Positions 9,904 to 18,845 of a DNA stretch of 64,000 nucleotides are shown one piece after another; within the stretch, counting starts at the first letter, position 1, and each line of letters begins with the position of its first letter. The stretch is from the NCBI GenBank assembly GCA_963707915.1, contig OY970178.1:1504001-1568000 (forward strand). Reading direction: 5' to 3'. The notes below the pieces were generated by a model. It was not told the DNA's origin. It made no database searches and saw only the letters and a program-made list of their open reading frames with translations. The position numbers and the translations under genes are program-made. The DNA is from Candidatus Eiseniibacteriota bacterium. Its GTDB lineage: Bacteria; Eisenbacteria; RBG-16-71-46.

Positions 9904-11400
9904 ATGGTCGCCCGAGATCCCCGCGCCCGGCTCTGGTTCACGGCCGTCCTCGTGGCGGTGTCGCTGTTCTGGGTGTTCGACCTCGCCGGCCTCCGCGCCG
10001 GCGTCCCGGACCTGCTGGACGACACCTGGGAATACGGCGTCGCCGCCCGCCACCTGCTGGCGGGCGACGGGTTCCGCACCAGCGTCATCCACCCGCCGCT
10101 GTGGGGCCTGCGCGACGACGCCTTCACCGTGCCGCTCCTGGTCCACGGCCCGCTGCAGCCGCTGCTGTTCGCCCCCGCGCTCGCCCTGCTCGGCCCGGAG
10201 GCGCTCGACCGGATCGCCTGGTTCGGCGCGTTCTTCGCCACGCTGACCGCGCTGCTGCTGTGCCGCCTGGGCACGCGCCACTTCGGCCCGCCGGTGGGCG
10301 CGGCCGCCGCGATGATCTTCACGCTCGCGCCGCTCACCCTGCGGACCGTGCACCACGACGCCTCGCTCCTGTTCGGCGCCTTCCTGCTGCTGCTCGCCTT
10401 CGATCTGCTCGCGCGCGAGCGCCCGCGGCGCCTCGGGGCGGCCCTCGCGCTGGGACTCGGCCTGCTGGTGAGGACCGAGATGATCCTCGCGCTGTTCGGC
10501 CTCGCGATGCTCGCCGGCGGCGCGGGCACGGTGGCGCTCGTGCTCGGCGCGGCGGCGGTCGCCGGCGGGTGGTGGTGGCACAACTGGAGCGCCGCCGGCT
10601 CGCCCTTCTTCAGCCTCTCGGCCTACCTGATGGTGGGCTACTCCGAGCGCTGGCCCGGGATCTCGGTCCTGCGCGACTTCGCGCTGACGCCCGAACGCTG
10701 GCCGCACGTGTTCCGCGAGCGCGTCCCCGACCTCCTGCGCAAGGCGCAGGCCAACCTGCATCACGCCCTCAAGCTCGCGATCCTGGAGCCGAGCCCGCTC
10801 ACCGGCTGGCTCGCCGCGCTCGGCCTCGTGGTCGGCGCCGCGCGCGGCTCGACGCGCCGGGTCGCCCTCGCCGCCCTCGCCTGCGCGCTCGTCCCGGTGG
10901 CGGTGATCACGGTGACGCTGCTCGACACGCGCTACTTCGCGCCCTTCCTGCCGCTGTGGGCGCTCTCGGTCGCGGTCGCGGCGGAGTGGCTGTGGGGCCG
11001 GATCCCGCGGGCCGGCCATGGCCCCGCCTGGCTCCCGCTGCTCGCGCTCCTCATGCTGGTCGCCACCGTGCCCGCGCTCCGGCGGGAGGCGCGCGAGTCG
11101 CGCGCGAGCGCGGCACTGCTCGCCACCGACCGGGCGGCGCTGAAGGCCCGCTTCGCGCCCGCCGCCACCCTCCCCCGCCTCACGCGTCGGGGCCTCGAAC
11201 GGCCGCCCATCACCGCACGCCCGCGGCTCGTGTTCTCGGACACCCCCGACTTCGTGGCGTGGACGACCGGCCGGCCGACCGTGTGGATCACCCGCGACGA
11301 GTACGAGCGGCTCCCCGCGCGCGGCACTCCCCGGTCCGCGGACTCGCCCCCCGTGCGCCGGAAGGACGACGACACCTGGTTCCACGACGGCTGGCACTGA
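9904..11400 (+). CDS. GT-C family (ArnT/PMT-like) membrane glycosyltransferase
   Basis: DDTWEY..ARHLLAGDGF periplasmic loop, many TM helices, RYFAPFLPL motif. Confidence 0.7.
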   Translation: MVARDPRARLWFTAVLVAVSLFWVFDLAGLRAGVPDLLDDTWEYGVAARHLLAGDGFRTSVIHPPLWGLRDDAFTVPLLVHGPLQPLLFAPALALLGPEALDRIAWFGAFFATLTALLLCRLGTRHFGPPVGAAAAMIFTLAPLTLRTVHHDASLLFGAFLLLLAFDLLARERPRRLGAALALGLGLLVRTEMILALFGLAMLAGGAGTVALVLGAAAVAGGWWWHNWSAAGSPFFSLSAYLMVGYSERWPGISVLRDFALTPERWPHVFRERVPDLLRKAQANLHHALKLAILEPSPLTGWLAALGLVVGAARGSTRRVALAALACALVPVAVITVTLLDTRYFAPFLPLWALSVAVAAEWLWGRIPRAGHGPAWLPLLALLMLVATVPALRREARESRASAALLATDRAALKARFAPAATLPRLTRRGLERPPITARPRLVFSDTPDFVAWTTGRPTVWITRDEYERLPARGTPRSADSPPVRRKDDDTWFHDGWH

Positions 11401-11424
11401 CCAGCCCGGCACCCGGACCTCGGC

Positions 11425-11447
11425 AGGCGAGCGCATGGTGCCTCTGC
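11425..11447. repeat. Partial third copy of the REP-like element core
   Basis: AGGCGAGCGCATGGTGCCTCTGC matches the inner stem and loop of the two full copies. Confidence 0.75.
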
Positions 11448-11469
11448 GATTCGGGGCCGGCACTGGCAA

Positions 11470-11540
11470 GCGGGGGCCGGGGACCGTGGTAGGCGAGCGC
11501 ATGGTGCCTCTGCTCGCCTACCACGGTCCCCGGCACCCGC
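11470..11540. repeat. REP-like palindromic element, copy 2
   Basis: 29-bp inverted repeat (1 mismatch) with the identical loop GCATGGTGCCTCT, between convergent genes. Confidence 0.85.
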
Positions 11541-11595
11541 GCCATCTCGCGTCCCGGCCCCGTGCCACTTCAGCGCCCCCGCGCCGACCCCGCGA

Positions 11596-12813
11596 TCACT
11601 CGTAACGCAGCGAGTCCACCGGGTCGAGGCCCGCCGCGCGACGGGCCGGGTAGAAGCCGAAGAAGAGCCCGATCAGGCTCGAGAAGCCGAACGCCAGCAG
11701 CACCGCCCCCGGCTGTACCACCGTCGGCCAGTGGGCGAACTGCGAGACCGCCTTCGCCGTCACGCTCCCCAGCAGCACCCCGATCGCGCCCCCGCCCAGC
11801 GACAGGAACGCCGATTCGAACAGGAACTGCAGCAGGATGTCGGTCTTGCGCGCTCCCACCGCGCGGCGCAGGCCGATCTCGCGGGTGCGCTCGGTCACCG
11901 ACACCAGCATGATGTTCATGATGCCGATGCCCCCCACCAGCAGCGACACCGCCGCGATGCTGGCCAGCAGCGTGGTCATCACCTTCGACGTGGCCTCCGC
12001 CGCGCTGGCGATGTCGAGCTGCGTGCGCAGGAAGAAGTCGTCGTTGTCGCCCGGCTTGATGCGGTGCCGCTGGCGCAGCAGGCCCGTGATCTGCTCCACC
12101 GCCGCGTTCACCTGCTTCTCGCCGGTCGCGGACAGCACGACCGACTGGACGTGGGAGATGTGCAGGAACTTCCGTTGCACCGTCGTGTACGGGGCGATGA
12201 CCACGTCGTCCTGGTCGTCGTGCCCGTTGGAGCCCTTCGCGACCAGCGTGCCCACCACCTTGAACGGCATGTCCTTGACGCGGATCGTCGCACCGATCGG
12301 GTCGGAGTCGCCGAACAGTTGCTTCACGACGCTCTGGCCCAGCACGCAGACCTTGGCCGCGCCGCGCACGTCGGAGTCCGTGATGAAGACCCCGTCCTTC
12401 ACCACCCACTGGCGGGCGATCGCGAAGTCGGGCGTGGTCCCCTGCACCGGCGAGTTCCAGTTCTGGTCGCCGAACACGAGCTGCGCGTAGGTGCGGACCG
12501 TGGGCGCCACCGCGTCCACCGCGGGGCACTCCTGCTTGATGGCGGCCGCGTCCTCGGGGGTCAGCGTGGTGTTGCCGCCCATCGGGCCGTGCGCGCCCCC
12601 GCCCGCGCTGACCGTGCCGGGGATCACCACGATGACGTTCGAGCCCATGGCGCGGATCTGGGCCTGGACCGCCGAGCGCGCGCCCTGGCCGATGGCGAGC
12701 GTGGCGATGACGGCCGCGACGCCGATCACGATGCCGAGCACGGTGAGGGCCGAGCGCATGCGGTTGCGCGTGAGCGCGTCGAGGCCGAGCGGGATCAGCG
12801 CGCCGAAGGTCAA
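11596..12813 (-). CDS. MacB/FtsX-like ABC transporter permease (no NBD)
   Basis: RSALTVLGIVIGVAAVI; SLLVGGIGIMNIMLVSVTERTREIGLRRAVGA; FFGFYPARRAAGLDPVDSLRYE. Confidence 0.93.
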   Translation of the reverse strand: MTFGALIPLGLDALTRNRMRSALTVLGIVIGVAAVIATLAIGQGARSAVQAQIRAMGSNVIVVIPGTVSAGGGAHGPMGGNTTLTPEDAAAIKQECPAVDAVAPTVRTYAQLVFGDQNWNSPVQGTTPDFAIARQWVVKDGVFITDSDVRGAAKVCVLGQSVVKQLFGDSDPIGATIRVKDMPFKVVGTLVAKGSNGHDDQDDVVIAPYTTVQRKFLHISHVQSVVLSATGEKQVNAAVEQITGLLRQRHRIKPGDNDDFFLRTQLDIASAAEATSKVMTTLLASIAAVSLLVGGIGIMNIMLVSVTERTREIGLRRAVGARKTDILLQFLFESAFLSLGGGAIGVLLGSVTAKAVSQFAHWPTVVQPGAVLLAFGFSSLIGLFFGFYPARRAAGLDPVDSLRYE

Positions 12814-14123
12814 TGCCGGCCTCCCCCCATCCCGGGCGGCGGCGCCATGCCCTGGCCCTCGCGCGCCACGATGTCGAGCCCGGTCGCCACCGTATCGCCG
12901 ACCTTGAGCTCACCGGCCAGGATCTCGACCGAGGTGCCGTCCGTGAGGCCGGTCACGACCTCGCAGCGCACCGGCTTGCCGTCGCGCAGCAGGTAGACCG
13001 TCCCGGGCTTCGGCGCGGGCAGGTCGAGGCTGCTGCCCCCGGCGAGGGCCGCGGCCCCCCGCGGCGCACCTCCGGCGCGCGGCCCCGGCGCTCCGCGGCC
13101 TTCGCGCGGCCCCGGCGCCCCGCGGCCCTCGCGCGGCCCCGGCTCGCGCGGTCCGGCCTGGGCCATGCCGCCCTCGCGCGCGCTCCCGCCGTGGCCGTTC
13201 CTGCCGGGTTCGGGCGGGCGGAAGCGCAGCGCGGCCGCCGGGACCTTGAGCACGTCGTCGTGCCGCGCCACCAGCACCGTGACGTTGGCGGTCATGCCGG
13301 GCCGCAGCTTCAACTCCGGGTTCTGCGTGCGGATCACGGTGGTGTAGGTCACCACGCCCTGCTCCACGATCGGCTCGAGGCGCACCACCGAGACCTCACC
13401 GCGGAACTGATCGTCCGGGAAGGCGTCGACCGTGAAGGTGACCGGCAAGCCGGGCCGCACGCTGCCGATGTCGGCCTCGTCGATGCGAGTCTCGACCTGC
13501 ATCTGCGTCAGGTCGCGCGCGATCACGAACAGCTTGGGGGCCTGCAGGCTCGCGGCCACCGTCTGCCCGAGGTCGATGTTGCGCGAGATCACCACCCCCG
13601 AGATCGGCGCGCGGATGATGGCGTTGCGCTGGTCCACGCGCACCGCCGCCAGTTGCGCGCGCGCCGCCTTGAGATCGGCCTCGCGCTGCAGGACGGTGAC
13701 CTCGGCGGTCTCCAGATCGGCCTGCGAGACCAGCCGCTCGGCCGACAGCTCCCGCGCCCGGCGCAACTGGCGCCGCCCGTCTTCGAGCGCGGCCTCGGCG
13801 CGCGCCACCGCCGCCTCGTTCTGCGCGACGCGGGCGTTGAGCCCCGAGGGCTCCAGCTCGCAGAGCACCTGGCCCTCCGCGACGCGCGAGTTGTAGTCGG
13901 CGTGCAGGCGGTAGACCGTGCCGCTCACCTGGGAGCCGACCTCGACCTGCTCCACCGGCTGCACCGTGCCGGTCGCCGCGACCGTGGACTCGATACTGCC
14001 GCGCTCGATCGGCGCGGAACGGAACCTGGGCGCCTCGCGCGCGGTGCGCGAGCGCCAGACCCATCCGGCTCCGACCACGACGACGACGGCGACGGCGACG
14101 AGGATCCAGGGCGTTCGTCTCAA
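12810..14123 (-). CDS. MacA-like periplasmic adaptor (membrane fusion protein)
   Basis: GGAGG RBS then TTG; ATGTVQPVEQVEVGSQVSG, IRAPISGVVISRN, LRPGMTANV. Confidence 0.92.
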   Translation of the reverse strand: MRRTPWILVAVAVVVVVGAGWVWRSRTAREAPRFRSAPIERGSIESTVAATGTVQPVEQVEVGSQVSGTVYRLHADYNSRVAEGQVLCELEPSGLNARVAQNEAAVARAEAALEDGRRQLRRARELSAERLVSQADLETAEVTVLQREADLKAARAQLAAVRVDQRNAIIRAPISGVVISRNIDLGQTVAASLQAPKLFVIARDLTQMQVETRIDEADIGSVRPGLPVTFTVDAFPDDQFRGEVSVVRLEPIVEQGVVTYTTVIRTQNPELKLRPGMTANVTVLVARHDDVLKVPAAALRFRPPEPGRNGHGGSAREGGMAQAGPREPGPREGRGAPGPREGRGAPGPRAGGAPRGAAALAGGSSLDLPAPKPGTVYLLRDGKPVRCEVVTGLTDGTSVEILAGELKVGDTVATGLDIVAREGQGMAPPPGMGGGRH

Positions 14124-14218
14124 GCGTCCTCCGGGACCGGAGCCGGCCAGGCGGCCGCTCCGGCGATGGATGGTCCAGTGACAGGGGCGGGCATTCTAGC
14201 CCACTCCTCGCGCGTCGC

Positions 14219-14233
14219 GCATCCAGCGTGCCA
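14219..14233 (-). promoter_or_regulatory. Possible sigma54 (-24/-12) promoter of the macA/macB-like operon
   Basis: TGGCACG-CTGG-ATGC vs consensus TGGCACG-N4-TTGC. Confidence 0.4.
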
Positions 14234-14323
14234 CCGGCGCGACCCGGGCCGGGCACGGGCACGGCTCGCGCCGGGCCCGCTCGGTGGAAGCGCGACGCTC
14301 GCGGGGGAGATCCCGGGCGGAAC

Positions 14324-14977
14324 CTACGGCCGGGGCCCCTCCGCCAGGCCCCGGCGCAGCGCCTGCGCCAGCTCGCCGAGGCGCCGGTCGAAGAAGTGGC
14401 CGGCCCCCTCGATGGTCTCCAGGCGCCGGGGCTCGGCCCAGGCCTCGAACTCGGGCTCCAGTGCCGACAGCGGGCAGATCTCGTCGGCCGTCCCCTGGAT
14501 GACCAGCTTGGGGACGGTCGCGCGGCGCAGCGCCGAGAAGTCGGCGCCCGCCACCGGCGGCCCGACCAGCACCAGCCGCCCGACCCCGGGCTCCGCGACT
14601 GCCAGCCGGGCCGCCACCCAGGCGCCGAACGAGAAGCCGGCGGCCAGCAGCGGCACGCCCGGCAGGCGCGCGCGCAGCCAGCCGAGCGCCGCGCGGGCAT
14701 CCTCGAGCTCACCGGCCCCGTGGTCGAAACGGCCCTCGCTCCTGCCCACCCCGCGGAAGTTGAAGCGCAGCGTGGTCCCGCCCAGGTTGTGGAGCGTGGA
14801 GGCGACGCGGTGCACGACCTTGTTGTCCATCGTGCCCCCGTGCTGCGGGTGCGGATGGCAGACCAGCGCCGCGAAGGCGGGAGGGCCGCCGGCGCACTCC
14901 TGCAGCAGCGCCGCGATGCGCCCCGCGGGCCCGGCCAGGTCCAGCGCCATGAGCCGGGAGGCGCCTTCGCAGCTCAT
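14324..14977 (-). CDS. Alpha/beta-fold hydrolase
   Basis: CHPHPQHGGTMDNKVV, RFNFRGVGRSEG, GFSFG nucleophile elbow, GTADEI, GAGHFF. Confidence 0.92.
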   Translation of the reverse strand: MSCEGASRLMALDLAGPAGRIAALLQECAGGPPAFAALVCHPHPQHGGTMDNKVVHRVASTLHNLGGTTLRFNFRGVGRSEGRFDHGAGELEDARAALGWLRARLPGVPLLAAGFSFGAWVAARLAVAEPGVGRLVLVGPPVAGADFSALRRATVPKLVIQGTADEICPLSALEPEFEAWAEPRRLETIEGAGHFFDRRLGELAQALRRGLAEGPRP

Positions 14978-15462
14978 CCGCCGCGGGCGGCCCGGAAGCG
15001 GGCCGAGAGGCGCTCCGCGATCTCGTGGTCGGGCGTCGCGAAGTTCAGTCCGGCGCCGTCCCCCAGCGCGAGCAGGCAGCCCGCCTCCAGCATCCAGTCC
15101 TCCAGCCCGAGCGGGGTGGCCTCGCTGAAGTCGCTGAGGTCGGAGGTGATCCGGGTGGGGTAGGTCTCGAACTCCTCGTTCCACTCGGCGCAGAGGTAGA
15201 TCTCGTCGAAACCGCGGAACAGGCCGACCGTCGCGCACTGGTCCAGCTCGCCGGGCGGGAGCAGCAGCACGCCGCGGTTCTGCACGAAACGGATCCCCTC
15301 GGCGCGCAGGCGCCGCCGCACGGCGGGCCACTCGCCCGGGCGGTCGGTCCCGTCGAGCACCGGGACCGCGGCCAGCTCGAAAGCGGGCAGCATGTCGAGC
15401 CCGGCGTCGAGCACCTCGGACACCGTCCCCGCCAGGCAGCCAAAGTAGATTCGCTCGCTCAC
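14974..15462 (-). CDS. Hypothetical protein
   Basis: GTG 15462 (VSERIYFGCLAG..); host-like codon usage; stop overlaps the hydrolase start (ATGA). Confidence 0.65.
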   Translation of the reverse strand: MSERIYFGCLAGTVSEVLDAGLDMLPAFELAAVPVLDGTDRPGEWPAVRRRLRAEGIRFVQNRGVLLLPPGELDQCATVGLFRGFDEIYLCAEWNEEFETYPTRITSDLSDFSEATPLGLEDWMLEAGCLLALGDGAGLNFATPDHEIAERLSARFRAARGG

Positions 15463-15535
15463 GGGCCGCAGTCTACGCCGCACGCTGGCGCGCGCCAAAC
15501 GGCGATGTCCGCCGGCCGGCGGGGCTTCCCGCGGG

Positions 15536-17569
15536 CTACGCCCGGCGCGAGCGGATGCTCAGCACCGGGCAGGAGACGCGGTGCCGCAGCCCCGAGGCGG
15601 TCGAGCCCAGGAACAGGTCACCCAGCAGCCGGTGCCCGTGCGAGCCGGTGATGAGCAGGTCGGCGCCCCACTCGCCCACCATGCGCGCCAGCTCGGTCTT
15701 CACGTCGCCGTTGCCCAGCGTCACGCCGGCCTCGATCCCGAACGAGCGCAACTCGGCGGCCAGCCGCTCGAGGGTGGCGAGGTCGGTGCGGCTCTCCTCG
15801 TCCAGGGCCTCCGGGCCGAGGTAGCGGCTCGCCGCGCTCTCCGCCACGTGCATGAGCATGACCTCCACGTCGGCCGGCAGCGCCATGCCGTGCACGTGCT
15901 CGAGCACCGCCGGGTCGGCCCGGCCCAGTTCCAGCGCCAGCGCCACGCGCCGCGGGCCGGCCGCCGAGAGCACGCGCGCGCCGGTGGAGCGCTCGGCCGG
16001 CAGGGTCAGCGCGGGGATCCCCGGACCCACGCGCACCGGCAGGTGGCCGATCGCCGGCACCAGGCGCCGCAGCAGCGGCATGAACATGACGACCAGGATC
16101 AGCACGATGGCGCCGCCGACCACGGGGAGCACGAGGAAGCGGTGCCAGGACGCGGCGGGGCCGGCGGCGCCCAGCCCCGCGGTGACGAAGTCCCACACCA
16201 GCTTGCCGTTCAGCGCCGCGATGCCGATGGCGACCAGCCAGGCCAGCGCCGACAGCCACGGCGGGTTCACGAACTCGCCCATGCGGCGCCGGTCGCCGGT
16301 GAAGGTCACCAGCGGGATCACCGCGAAGGAGAGCTGCAGGCTCAGCACCACCTGCGAGAGGACCAGCAGCCCGTCCACCGCGTCCGGGCCGCGCAGGCCG
16401 ATGACCAGCGCCGCGGGGATGATGGCGAGTCCGCGGCTGATGACGCGGCGCAGCCAGGGCTGGAGGCGCAGCCGCAGGAAACCCTCCATCACCACCTGGC
16501 CGGCGAGCGTGCCGGTGATGGTGCTGGACTGGCCCGCGGAGAGCAGCGCGATGGCGAAGATCACCGAGGCGGCCCCGGAGCCGAGCAGCGGCGCGAGCAG
16601 ACGGTGGGCGTCCTCGAGGCGCGCCACGTCCTGGTGGCCGCTGCCGTGGAAGGTCGAGGCCGCCAGCACCAGGATCGCGGCGTTCACCAGGAAGGCCGCG
16701 TTGAGCGCCACGACCGAGTCCACCAGGTTCATGCGCGTCGCCTCGCGCTTGCCCTGGTCCGATCGCGCGACCGAGCGGCTCTGCACCAGCGCGCTGTGCA
16801 GGTAGAGGTTGTGCGGCATCACCGTCGCCCCGAGCATCGCGATCGCGACGTAGAGCGACTCGCCGTGCAGCCCCAGCACCGACCAGCCTCCGCCCGGCGC
16901 CGGGGAGAAGAGGCTGGCCCGGCCGTCCTCGCCGCGCGGCAGGAAGCCGCGCAGCACCTCGCCGAGCACCGGCTTCGAGAGCGCGATCTCGAACGCGAAG
17001 GCGGCGCCCATGGTGGCGATGAGCACGAGGATCACCGCCTCGAGCCGGCGCATGCCGAGGCGCGAGAGCCCCAGCAGCAGCAGCACGTCGAACGCGGTGA
17101 CGACCACGCCCCAGAGGAGCGGCAGGCCGAAGAGGAGCTTGAGCCCGATCGCGGCGCCCAGCACCTCGGCCAGGTCGCAGGCCACGATGGCCACCTCCGC
17201 GCCGATCCAGAGCGGGATGGCGACCGCGCGCGGGTAGGAGTCGCGGCACTCCTGCGCGAGATCCTTGCCGGTCACCACCCCGAGCCGCACCGACAGCGTC
17301 TGCAGCAGCACCGCCATGAGGTTGCTCGCGAGCAGCACCCAGATGAGCTGGTAGCCGAAGCGCGCCCCGCCGGCCAGGTCGGTGGCCCAGTTGCCGGGGT
17401 CCATGTAGCCCACGCTCACCAGGTAGGCGGGGCCCGAGAACGCCAGCAGCCGCCGCAGCCAGCGGGCGCCCGCCGGGACCGGGACCGTGCCGTGCATCTC
17501 CGGCAGCGAGGGGGCGCCGCGCTCAGGCCGCACGCGGGCCTCCCGGCACGCGCCCGCCGGCGCGCGCAC
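15536..17569 (-). CDS. mntH: Nramp-family Mn2+/divalent metal transporter with C-terminal USP domain
   Basis: GYMDPGNWATD, GATVMPHNLYLHS, GQSSTITGTLAGQ; C-terminal ADLLITGSHGHR..LGSTA USP motif; start position uncertain. Confidence 0.92.
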   Translation of the reverse strand: MRAPAGACREARVRPERGAPSLPEMHGTVPVPAGARWLRRLLAFSGPAYLVSVGYMDPGNWATDLAGGARFGYQLIWVLLASNLMAVLLQTLSVRLGVVTGKDLAQECRDSYPRAVAIPLWIGAEVAIVACDLAEVLGAAIGLKLLFGLPLLWGVVVTAFDVLLLLGLSRLGMRRLEAVILVLIATMGAAFAFEIALSKPVLGEVLRGFLPRGEDGRASLFSPAPGGGWSVLGLHGESLYVAIAMLGATVMPHNLYLHSALVQSRSVARSDQGKREATRMNLVDSVVALNAAFLVNAAILVLAASTFHGSGHQDVARLEDAHRLLAPLLGSGAASVIFAIALLSAGQSSTITGTLAGQVVMEGFLRLRLQPWLRRVISRGLAIIPAALVIGLRGPDAVDGLLVLSQVVLSLQLSFAVIPLVTFTGDRRRMGEFVNPPWLSALAWLVAIGIAALNGKLVWDFVTAGLGAAGPAASWHRFLVLPVVGGAIVLILVVMFMPLLRRLVPAIGHLPVRVGPGIPALTLPAERSTGARVLSAAGPRRVALALELGRADPAVLEHVHGMALPADVEVMLMHVAESAASRYLGPEALDEESRTDLATLERLAAELRSFGIEAGVTLGNGDVKTELARMVGEWGADLLITGSHGHRLLGDLFLGSTASGLRHRVSCPVLSIRSRRA

Positions 17570-17649
17570 GGTCGCGGAGCGCGATCGGGCGCTCCTGCAT
17601 GGGACGATTGACCGGTGTCATCGGGGGCCAGCCTAAGCGAATCCGCCGA

Positions 17650-17664
17650 TTCGGCAAGTCCGAA
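17650..17664. promoter_or_regulatory. Possible DtxR/MntR-type operator upstream of mntH
   Basis: Palindrome TTCGG-CAAGT-CCGAA with a nearby TTAGG half-site on the minus strand; inference from context. Confidence 0.35.
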
Positions 17665-17707
17665 CCTCGGCGCCCCGGACACCGCCCCGCGTGACCTGCG
17701 AACACCA

Positions 17708-17733
17708 CGGGCCCGGGCTCGCGCCCGGGCCCG
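17708..17733 (-). terminator. GC-rich hairpin after the PorV-like gene
   Basis: 11-bp perfect stem CGGGCCCGGGC with TCGC loop; only a weak U-tract. Confidence 0.4.
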
Positions 17734-17762
17734 CGTGCTTCGGCCCCCAGGAGAAGGGTCCG

Positions 17763-18845
17763 TTACTTCTGCTGCGCCGCCTCGTCCCGCGGGGTCGCCG
17801 CCGTTCCCGGCCCGGCCGGCTCGTCGAACGACCGCGGCATGCTCTTCTGGCCGAACGGGTCACCCGCGCGCCACCCGAACTGGCCGGGCCGGAGGCTGAC
17901 CGCGAGCCGGTGCTGCGCCTCGCCCACGCCCGGGATGAGGTAGGCGTAGTCGATCCACATGCCATGGGCCCCGGCGCCGATGCCGAAGCTCGGGCCGTCC
18001 TCGCCGAGGTCCGCCGGAGCGTCGAGCTCGCGCCGGTAGCCCGCGCGCAGCGCCACGAGACCGTGCCAGCGCCACTCGGCGCCGACGCGCACGTCCTGGT
18101 AGTAGGCGCTCGGGAAGTTCGCGTCGAGCGCGAGGCGCAGCCCGGTGAGCGGCAGGTCGACCGCCGCCCCCACCCCGACGTTCATGGGCAGGTCGTAGCT
18201 CGTGCCGCCGTACTTCATGCTGCCGCCGAGATTGGTGACCGCCACGCCGGCGCCCAGCATCCCGGCGCGCACCTGGAGCCCGGCGTCCATCGCGAAGCCC
18301 GCGCCGCTCACGGCGCCGAGCTTCTCCCCCACGTACTTGCCGCCCACGCCCACCGTGGCGAGCGGTCCGAGCCGGTGCGCGAGGTGGAGCCCCAGCGCCA
18401 TGCTGGCGACGTCGAAGGTGCCCGTGGCGTTGTTGAGCGCGTCACGGCCCTCGAACGAGCCCTCGCTCTGGTAGAGGCCCTCGACCGACCAGCGCAGCCC
18501 CGAGCGGCCGGCGCGGCCGCCCACCGCGGCCCATTCCTGCTGCGTCTGGTCCGGCAGCGTGGCGTGGGCGAGCGCGACCTGCGTCTCGTCGATCCAGCCC
18601 AGCGCGGCCGCGTTCCACGGCACGACGGCGAGGTCGCCCCCGAGCCCGAGCGTGGCGCCGCCGCGACCCAGCACGCCGGCGCCCGTGCCGACGCTGAGGA
18701 ACCCCGCCGCGGTGGTCCCCGCCGCCTCGCCGCCCGCGAGCGCGGAGGCGGGCACGGCCAGCGCCGCGAGCAGCATCCAGGCCATCACGATCGCGGCCCG
18801 GCTGCGCTTCGGGCGTCCCGCGCCACGGCGCACATGACGGCTCAT
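17763..18845 (-). CDS. PorV/PorQ-family (FadL-like) outer-membrane beta-barrel
   Basis: Signal peptide, then GTTAAGFLSVGTGAGVLGRGGA, WNAAALG, LRAGY, IDYAY, HRLAV; ATGA overlap with the upstream gene. Confidence 0.8.
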   Translation of the reverse strand: MSRHVRRGAGRPKRSRAAIVMAWMLLAALAVPASALAGGEAAGTTAAGFLSVGTGAGVLGRGGATLGLGGDLAVVPWNAAALGWIDETQVALAHATLPDQTQQEWAAVGGRAGRSGLRWSVEGLYQSEGSFEGRDALNNATGTFDVASMALGLHLAHRLGPLATVGVGGKYVGEKLGAVSGAGFAMDAGLQVRAGMLGAGVAVTNLGGSMKYGGTSYDLPMNVGVGAAVDLPLTGLRLALDANFPSAYYQDVRVGAEWRWHGLVALRAGYRRELDAPADLGEDGPSFGIGAGAHGMWIDYAYLIPGVGEAQHRLAVSLRPGQFGWRAGDPFGQKSMPRSFDEPAGPGTAATPRDEAAQQK

